Positions 55,186 to 64,000 of a stretch of 64,000 nt of DNA are shown here, piece by piece (position 1 is the first letter of the stretch; each line of letters begins with the position of its first letter). The notes under the pieces were generated by a model that ran no database searches, was not told where the DNA came from, and saw nothing but the letters and a program-made list of their open reading frames with translations. The translations under genes were made by a program, and so were the position numbers. The DNA lies in NCBI GenBank assembly GCA_020137815.1, contig CM035354.1:8556001-8620000 (forward strand). The letters run 5' to 3'. This DNA comes from Hormiphora californensis (Eukaryota; Animalia; Ctenophora).

Positions 55186-55350
55186 GACCAAGACCCTCTC
55201 AAAGGCAAAACGTTACCTACCCGACCAAGACCCTCTCAAAGGCAAAACGTTACCTATTTTCAAGACCAAGACCCTCTCAAAGGCAAAATGTTACCTACCC
55301 GACCAAGACCCCCCCAAAGGCAAAACGTTACCTAACGGACCAAGATCCTC
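55186..55350. repeat. ~36-42-bp minisatellite (GACCAAGACCCTCTCAAAGGCAAAACGTTACCTA x4), lying between ~78-bp direct repeats at 54443-54520 and 55500-55579
   Basis: Direct inspection. Confidence 0.85.
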
Positions 55351-56695
55351 TCGAATGTTCCAGAAATTTAAACCATGAGTCTCTTTCTCTCCCAGGGGAG
55401 AGAAAGGGACTCAGCGCCATAGTTACCACATACCCGGGTTGGTATGGAGGTTTGCTGAGCGTATCCCATGGTTTAGTGACAAACAAACAAACAAACAAAT
55501 TTTTAAGTCTTGCACGTGTATTGGGTTGTTCTAGGGACTAATTTCCGTGTTTTGAAATTTTAAAACCGTTTGGGCTGAAACTTCAAATATTAGTAGAAAA
55601 TTATCCACTGAATACCAGATTAAATGTTCGAAGACGATATTTTGAGTGTACAGCATGAAGATATACAACATTTAGTGCTCCATTGACTTCATTAACCCTA
55701 AAATTCCCATTATTTACGCAAAAACGCGGGTTATGAAAGTTGCTAAATTGCTGAAACTTCGGATATCAGTAGAAAATTACCCACTTAATACCAATCATAA
55801 TGTTCAAAAGCGATATTTTTCAACTTAGCATTGCTCAGGAAAAGGGTATTGCCTGGTAAGTCGGGGTAATGTACATATAATCTTTGATTCCCCAAATCGG
55901 GGAATTTATCAGCCCGGTAAAGATCTTACAAGTTGTACGGTGTCAGGTTTACGGCTGATGAGTTCGATCTGAGTCTCGGTTTCTGGCGAGTTTCCACGTT
56001 TACCATCTTAGTGGACGGAGGGTCTCGGTCTTTCCGCTGTTCCAGACCTCTTGGTGTTAGGCGGTGATAGTTGTGGTTGCGCTTAGGTTTGGAGGTTTAG
56101 GTATGGAAGTTTAGGTTTGGAGGTTTAGAGGTTTTGAGGTTTGGTGGGACGTTGTTGTTGTTTTTGGTTGGTGTTGCAGTGTTTGTCTCGGTTCTTTGGG
56201 TTTGGTCTGGCAGCATGTTTCATGTTCTCAACTTATCCTCACTCGTTAGAGTGGCCCGGAAGTGGCCCGCGTCGGGATATTTCGCTCGTCTTGAAAAGCG
56301 CCGCCACTCGTCACGATTTTGTGTTCCCCATGAATTCTTCCTTGGTATCATAAAAACATTGCAGTCAGGTCGTCTTCTAGATCTCTAGGTCTCATGAAGA
56401 TCTTCTGTATCCGATGTTCTGGAATCCTCGAAACATGTCCAAACGACCGCAGCCAGTTCGAAGAAATATATCCCTGCAATGATTCCTGCTTTCTTCAAGA
56501 CCCTGACATTGTTGTTGTAAATCGGTCGGGTTTATCGGAGTTCGACTGTATTGAAAATGTTCTTCAAAAATAAAGAAACGATACCGATAGGCGTCTAATA
56601 TGTCTCACATTTAGTCCTATTTTTAAAAATCGCACTTTAGATTAAATATCTTATAAAGAGTCTCAGCCTCTATCTCCCCCATCTTTCTCTCTCAC

Positions 56696-56768
<73 letters not shown>

Positions 56769-56800
56769 CTCTCTCGCTCTCTCTCTCTCTCTCGCTCTCG

Positions 56801-56852
<52 letters not shown>

Positions 56853-56944
56853 GTCTATTATCAATAATTGCAGCTGCCTTGTTTTTCTCAACTTGCAGCT
56901 TGATTCCATGACACAATGGCAAGCACGGTGAACTAGAGAGAAAG

Positions 56945-56975
<31 letters not shown>

Positions 56976-57534
56976 GAGAGAGTTCGGATAGAGAGTTATT
57001 GTTTTTAAGCTTGTAAACGTAAGTGGAGCGAGAGAAGATGTTACTGCTTCGACCATTCTCTCTCTTTCTCTCCCTCCCTCTCTCTATGTGGCTATATCTA
57101 ATCCCTCAACTCGATTTTTCTAGCTTGCTTGTTTTAGAGATTCCAGCTCCAAGTATTGAAAAGTGTGTAGTGTTTTTGTACTTTTGCCGATGAACTATCA
57201 CTGCTAAAATTAATCACCTCTGGCTCTATAGTAATCAATTTCAACACTCATTTTCAAAACATTTCTCACAAAGGTCCCTAGTTCTACTGCTACTACTCAA
57301 CTACTATCCAACAAATCACTTCACACATGGCAAATGAGTAACTGAACATTTGCCCGTTTCTCTCATAGTAGGGAAAAATAGCTTGAAACGTACACGAATA
57401 TGCAGTGCACCGAGCAGTGTGACCTTCTGGGTAGTGGGCTCTAAGATTGTAAGAGTATATGTTTACCAAAAGTACTTGTGATGGCATATATACCCGCGTG
57501 GCGCCGCCACACGTATTTTGATTGGGTTCTTAGC

Positions 57535-58180
57535 ACTTACTTGACTTAAGGCGGGTGGAATTCCCGAAAGCCTTGAACAATTTTTCTCGACGCATCACGT
57601 TCCTCCATAACTGAAGCTATCTTCTTCACGTCTCCCAGACCTGTATCTTGCCGTAGAACACCCACAAAGGTTTTCGAGGGCCTGCCACGTTTAGATTGAC
57701 CGTGAGTAGGTTCGCAAAGAAGGACTTTGTGGAGTGTCAGCTCTGAGTGTCGTTGTGCATGTCCCGCAAGTCGTAGTCTTCGTTCCGCTATTTTAGTGCT
57801 GAGAATGGGTAACCCTCCAATACCATACAACGTGCCATTAGTCATGCGAAGTTGCCACTGGTTCTTGTTAAGTGCCATTCTCAACATACGAGTATTTAAA
57901 GCTCCATTCAAACTCTTCTCCATTTGTTTGGTGAGGGTCCAGGTCTCACATCCGTATAGGAGAACGGTTTCGACAGTAGCAACGAATAACCTACACTTGA
58001 GTTCGTCTTTAAGATCTGAGTTCCAGACTTTCTTCAAGCCGTGGCAGGCAACCCATGTCTTACTCTTCCGGTTCTTGATGTCCTTGTTCGAATCTCTGAT
58101 CCACGAACCCAGGTATTTGAAGTCATCGGTTGTTTTGATGGTTTGTCCGTCAACGAACGATGCCGTGGTGCTGATCTCCT
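57535..58180 (-). mobile_element. 3' fragment of an RTE-clade LINE (degraded)
   Basis: DFKYLGSW, LLYGCETWTL, RLRLAGH, RGRP; ends PP* then GTCAAGTAAGT. Confidence 0.88.
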
Positions 58181-59198
58181 ATTAAAGTGCGTTTCAAACG
58201 ACTTGACCTGAGATTCCTGGAAATTCAGGATTTCCCCTTTGTAAATACACGCGCAATGCGCCAAATTCCGAGAATTACGGGTCAAGTCGCTTGAAACGGA
58301 CTTTACGAATGGCGTTCAGCGACAGTCTATTTTTGGTACAGATTTCTCTGCAGCAAAGCTCGAGCGCCACCCCAAGCAGGCAACCTTATTGGTTAGATAT
58401 GCACCGTCTTTGCGAAACTCTCGAAAGAGCCTCTACCAATCATAGCTTGGCGATCTAGGTGGCATTGCGCTAGTCCAGGCTCGAACCTGGTACCTAGCGC
58501 ACGGAAGGCGAGTGCACTGGCCACTACACCACCCTGCCACCGAACTATAAGTGATAATATAACTCACCTAAATTCGAGATTTTCAAAAGTGAGTTACAGT
58601 TCGAGTAAGCGTCGATTCGAGTTTCAGTCCGGAATCTGATTGCATACCATTTTTCCAGATCTTGGAAATTCTATACCTTTTTAAAAGCGTGTTGTATACA
58701 AAAATATGACGTTATTTCAAATATTTAGCATAGAAATCCTACTTTATGGCGTCCCCTGTTGCCTGATTTATCTTCTGATCATCCAAATTAGTTGATTTGA
58801 CATCAGTGATGGTCCCTGAACCATTTAAGTTCAGTCTAAAATCCTTTTGCACAGTTACTATGTATTGGTATCAATAGGAGCTAATTTACAAAATTTCAAG
58901 GAATTCTGACCAGCCGTTCGTTATCGTCCTCAAAGGGTTGATAAATTTGTGAGATTTTGCTATTTGCCATAATTTAAATCTATATCTTTGTGACTTAAGT
59001 GTACCTGTAAAGTAACGCGACCTGTATCTAATGCAGTTGATTTGGTTAATATTTTTACTAAGCGGTAGGTTCCATTTAAACATTTTACTATGTTTGCGTA
59101 AATTCCCTGTTTTCACCTTTTGTGTTATCCAGCTGTGTTATATTCACGCTGTCGCCTTTTCGATTATGCACTTGCTTACCTGTATCATATATTTCCAG

Positions 59199-62100
59199 GT
59201 GTCGTAGGATTTTCTTTGGATCCAGGAAATTCAGGCGGATCAAGCGATTCAACAACATGTAATGACGGTGAGGTAGCCAGTGGAGATAACTGCGGTAAGT
59301 GCACGGTATCCTGCGATAGCTTCTTAATAACGAACATAAATACCTTGATATGTCAAACAGCGAAAAGTTCCGCCATTAGCTATATGGCCGGTACTCTGCC
59401 TCCCCAACCAGCACGGTTTTGTTTAACTTCATGGTTCCAATTCAGTCAGTTGTGCTGCCGGAACGTATTCAAACGGGACGGCGTGTGTTGAATGCGAACG
59501 TGGAACGTACACAGAGGAAGAGGCTCAGTCGAATTGTACGAACTGTCCTTCTGGAACAAGTACTGTCAGCACGGCCTCCTCAAACTCATCTGAATGTATA
59601 GGTATGTTTAGTCAGTTCAATCACTCGAAGTAAAAAGTAGAAGTATCTAATTGTGTTCCTTTCATTATCAGTGGTATGTGAAGTTCCAACTTTATTCGAA
59701 GCCACAACTACACCTTCTGCCGGTACATACGTTGTTTCTGGAAGCGACGTTACCGTAACTTGTTCTACTGGGTATCAAATAGATGGATCAAGCCAGGTTA
59801 GAACCTTATAATTTCTTGTGAAACTCCCTAAACTAGTAGCTATATAATTAATAAACCCGGGTTTATATGTAGCGGGTCGCTACACCATATGCGTACTGCC
59901 ATAATACTGCCCGACTTGCGAAGCAGGGAGGGTGGTGTATGGTATAAAACCCGACCAAAGGGAGGGGTTTATACTTTCTATAAGCAAGGATTTATTGATT
60001 ATAGCGGCAAAAATATCCTTACTTTTTGTAGCGGGCAGGATATATCAGGCAAATTTTAACCCGCTGATATTTATATAGAGTATAAACCCTTCCCTTTGGT
60101 CGGATTTTATACCATATAGTATATGGTGTAGCGAATCACCCTAGCGGGCGACCCGCTACATATTGATAATATAAGTAAGGATTTTTTATTATAAGTTTTA
60201 GCGGTAAAAACATCCATGCCTTTTTTAGCGGGCGGAGTATATACATCCCGCTTTGATTAATACATATAGAGTTAGAATTTCGGTTTAACTTGGGTTGCAA
60301 GCAATAAACATCCCTTTAAGGTAACTGGTGCTTGTGAAGACGCTGGTTCGTGTTACAAGATCACTCTCGAAGCTGATTCAGATCTCGTTGTAACTGGGGC
60401 AACCGATTCTTTAACCTGCTCAGTTACATCAGGTACTAACAATAAATAATTATAAATAGATGGTAATAAATGGTAATAAAAATAAATAATAATATTTAAA
60501 TACGACTTTTAGTTCTTACAAAAATCCTTCTTTTGTAGAGTACACCCCAACCGGATGTGAATGGTATTTAGATGGAACAAAGTTGGAAGATGGCACCTTT
60601 TCTTCTTCCTCTAACACACACACCTCGGTGTACACTATTTCGTAAGTATACTAAAATACTTAAAAAGTGTACTTCACTCTTCCACAAATATTAAAAGTGT
60701 ATCAAACGCATGCAGTAGAATTTGCTTCTAATAGATAGTTGTTCAGGTATTTTTCTAATTCAACTGCTGGAGAGTACGAGTGCCGAGCTACTGTTAACAC
60801 ACACACAGTTTCTGAGACTTTGGAGGTGGCAGAGTTAAGTATGGCCATGGACAATGGGACAGTTTACGCAGAAGCCAATACGGGAGATAGTGTAACGTTT
60901 ACTTGCTTTGCAGTCAGACCAGCAGAACTGTCGAGTGACCCAACAGTAACATGGAATAACGGTAAATTAAGGGACTGAAGATATATATTATACAGTCGGA
61001 CCCCGATTTAGGGCCCCCCGATTTAGTGGCACCCCGATTTAGGGACAGGATTTTTTTCCCCCGATATAGGAAATTAACCTTATTTGACCCCGATTTAGTG
61101 GACACCCCGATTTAGTGGACAAGAGCCTTTCCCCCGAGGGTGTCCCTAAATCGGGGTCCGACTGTATATACAAATTCAGCCTTACCCCTTCTTCTCTCTA
61201 CAGATAATGGCGATACATTAACGGGAACCAGCTCTGTCTCTAACGAAGTCCTAACTTCTACCTTAATCATTTCCGATCCCTCCATCGTTCAGGAGACCTA
61301 CACTTGTTCAGTAACCTATCCGGACTACAAGGATTACGTACTCTCAGTCGAAAAAACACTCGAAACTCTCGGTAAACCTTCCCATGATCCATTTGATTGT
61401 AATTCTTTATCAATATATAGAGCTTTAGTGTGATATGATTTCCTTTTTTGCAGGTTTCTACACTGAACCAGAGGATAGTTCAGCGCAGTCAGGATCCACA
61501 TTCACGTTGACTTGTATCACATCTGCACCAGTGGCTCACGTTATCAGCTGGGAAGGATACTCAGGCACAACATCTACATTCAACTCCATCACAAGCACAC
61601 AAACCAGTACATTGGTAGTGAGTGACTTTCAGACCACCACTGTATATACCTGCTCAGCTAGCTATGAGAGCATCAGCTTGTCTACCACCGCTACCGTCAC
61701 TCTGTCCAGTGAGTAGGGTTAGGAACAGCCAGTGATTTCAACCGTCTATCATCTATTAGTTAGAACCAAATATAAATGGATGTTTCTATTATTCTGTCCT
61801 CAGATGACGGGATAATATCACAGACAGCGGATCAGAATGTGGATAATGGTGAGTTGGTTCAGCTTAACTGTACGGCAACTACTGGGAGTGGCTATTCTGG
61901 CATCGCATGGTACAATGAAGGAGCTGAAATTACTTCTGGAACTACCAGTACAACAGGTAGCTGCATTATGACGAGGAATATCAAATGTGGGGTGTGTCTA
62001 CCGTGAATGTACCCCTTAACTTTCTTCTAGGTTCTGGAACAGTGACCCTAACACTTGAGTTCTCATCCGTATCTATATCTGACCAAGGAGACTACACTTG

Positions 62101-62479
62101 TAACGTTACTTACTCCACCTATAATGATATTCACAGCACAACGCTGAATATTTACGGTATGAACAGTAAAGTATAATAGTCTCTATAGTTCCTAAGAGTT
62201 CAATATTTTGTAGATTGCAGGATATTTGTTGTTATGATGATGTTAGGAAATTGTCACAATTTTTGCATAGATCTCTTAATTTTGTTAGTTACGAAGTGAC
62301 GACAAAAATTTTCTTCTATTCGTCAGGTATATCCGGGTCAACTTCGGTGGCAGTTGATGGCGCACAGGGCAGCCATGTTACCATGACATGTTTGGTAGGG
62401 GGTCCCTCACCCTCCACTCTTACCTGGTTGAATGGAACAAAAGAAATTTCCAGTGACAGCAGGATCTCATTTTTCACTT
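59199..62479 (+). CDS. Extracellular protein: GCC2/GCC3 Cys-rich repeat + Sushi/CCP + tandem Ig domains (partial; start not identified, probably continues beyond the window)
   Basis: Phase-consistent exons 59199-59294, 59446-59601, 59672-59796, 60321-60432, 60539-60641, 60747-60961, 61204-61371, 61454-61708, 61804-61956, 62031-62156, 62328-62479. Motifs CVECERGTY, VTCSTGYQIDG, LTC..W..YxC and DQGDYTC. Confidence 0.85.
59845..60242. mobile_element. Unclassified hairpin-rich non-autonomous repeat (related copy at 25105-25372)
   Basis: Shared ATAAACCCGGGTTTAT palindrome and TATAAACCC...CCCTTTGGTCGG modules in both loci. Confidence 0.6.
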
Positions 62480-63370
62480 GTGAGTGGTATACTTTGTTGT
62501 TTCACTATGTTTAGTTGCCATGAGTGTATGTGGGTACGGCGTCACTAGCAAGCAACACGGTCATTTGTGCTCATCCTGTGTACTGCGCTGACGTTGCGTG
62601 TCATGTGCATGTGAGCGTTCTAGCAGTATTAACAAAAAGGTTGCCAATAAAATGTTAAACTAATATAGTACAAGCGTCAAAAATTTTAGCTCAAGAAATA
62701 CACTCATGGAAATAAAAAGCACGATGTAAGAATACTTGCGTTATGTAGTACATAATGTACCCCCTCTATTATATAAGTTTTATGATGGGATACAAGCCAC
62801 AACGATAATAAGCACTTGAAATGTAAAAACTGACGATATATATTAAATAGTTCTAAACCTTAGGTACGGTGTTTTTTAAAGTAAGAAAGTATGAATAATT
62901 CAACTCAAATTAGTCATGTTAACACACTCTCTAGACCATTATAGCACTCCTGCGACTCCAGTATCACATATTTTCTCTAGGTAATACTTCAACTCTTAGT
63001 AAAATAACTAGGAAGAACTCTTCTTCAATAGCTATCATGCTACCTAAGAACATTGGGAGCTCAGTATTCAAAAAGACAGAACAAACAAACAAACACATAC
63101 GAAAATGACTGACCAACAACTGATGATGAGGACAACTCTTGTCACAAAATAAAATCGTAGGTCACATTGCGTACTATGAATTTACCTGTTAATTGAACGA
63201 GGGAACTGAACCCTCTTAAAGTTCCGGGTAGTTTAAGCGTTCCTCTCCACTACTACCAGCCGCTCCAGAATGACCATTTTTCCCTGGCCTGGGGGAACGG
63301 TATCCACTATCCAGGAACGGTTATATCCAGGCGCTTCACACGGAAAGGAAATTCAGCGTTATGTTATATG

Positions 63371-63641
63371 ATTAGATGACTGGTTAAAATGGTCTATTAC
63401 TTTTTAGTGCACGAGGCCGAAGGCCGAGTGCTCTAAATACAACAATAATGAACCGAGACCGACAGGTCGAGGTAGATCCTTTTACTTAGCTGCCGAGCCT
63501 GCGAGGCACGCTAAGTGTAACTACTGAGCGAGCCTGCGAGCTCTGTAGTTGTACTTTTGGGCCGAGCCTGCGAGGCCTAAAAGTGAAAGAATCTTTAACA
63601 TTATTGTTGTGTAATAGAGCATGTAAAAGCAGTCATCTAAT
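63371..63641. mobile_element. Small TIR element with internal GC hairpins (GGCCGAAGGCC, GCCTGCGAGGC)
   Basis: Imperfect terminal inverted repeat ATTAGATGACTG...TATTA / TAATAG...CAGTCATCTAAT. Confidence 0.55.
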
Positions 63642-63713
63642 TTTATTAGATGATTTTGGAAACAAACTGAGTGAAAGAGATAAAGATTGAGTGAGAGAGA
63701 GAGAGAAAGAGAA

Positions 63714-63774
<61 letters not shown>

Positions 63775-63960
63775 TGTGCAGTAGTCACTACTGCACAGTG
63801 CTGCACACGCCCTAACCCTTATCTTTTCTTCCCCTCTGCAACTATATGTCACATGATCGTCACGTGATGGCACCACACCAATGAGCGTCCTGCATCTGCT
63901 TTCCCTCTCTGCCTTCGATTCTCTCTTTTCCTACCTTTCTCTCTCACACACACACACACA

Positions 63961-64000
<40 letters not shown>

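Noticed and set aside
55186-55350. CRISPR-like ~36-bp repeats
   Set aside because: No unique spacers and no cas genes; a simple minisatellite.

Overview
Eukaryotic (animal) genomic DNA: AT-rich, with short spliceosomal introns, many (CT)n/(TCTCTG)n microsatellites and a very high transposon density. The style of the GPCR and repeats suggests a ctenophore-like invertebrate, but that is inference only. Host genes: (1) an intronless rhodopsin-type GPCR (-); (2) a 3-exon secreted protein with about 6.5 near-identical 69-aa Cys-rich repeats plus kringle domains (-); (3) a class IV (SIRT6/7-like) sirtuin (+) whose 5' exons I could not find in the window; (4) a ~16-exon insulysin/nardilysin-type M16A metallopeptidase (+) with an unusual N-terminal membrane anchor, a YQRL sorting motif and one apparent frameshift; (5) the 5' part of a Cys-rich/Sushi/multi-Ig protein (+). 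Mobile DNA includes RTE LINEs, a Penelope-like element with a hammerhead ribozyme, tRNA-derived SINEs, many MITEs and foldbacks, and a three-level nest (CACAG-ended MITE > intron-rich hAT transposon > LINE). The standout is that innermost LINE (47711-53292, -). Both of its ORFs are intact. ORF1 fuses an AlkB-type 2OG-Fe(II) dioxygenase to an SGNH esterase, and ORF2 carries a transmembrane leader ending in a 2A-like NPGP. It is a candidate retrotransposon that carries its own nucleic-acid demethylase. All domain calls were made by eye from motifs; no database searches were run.
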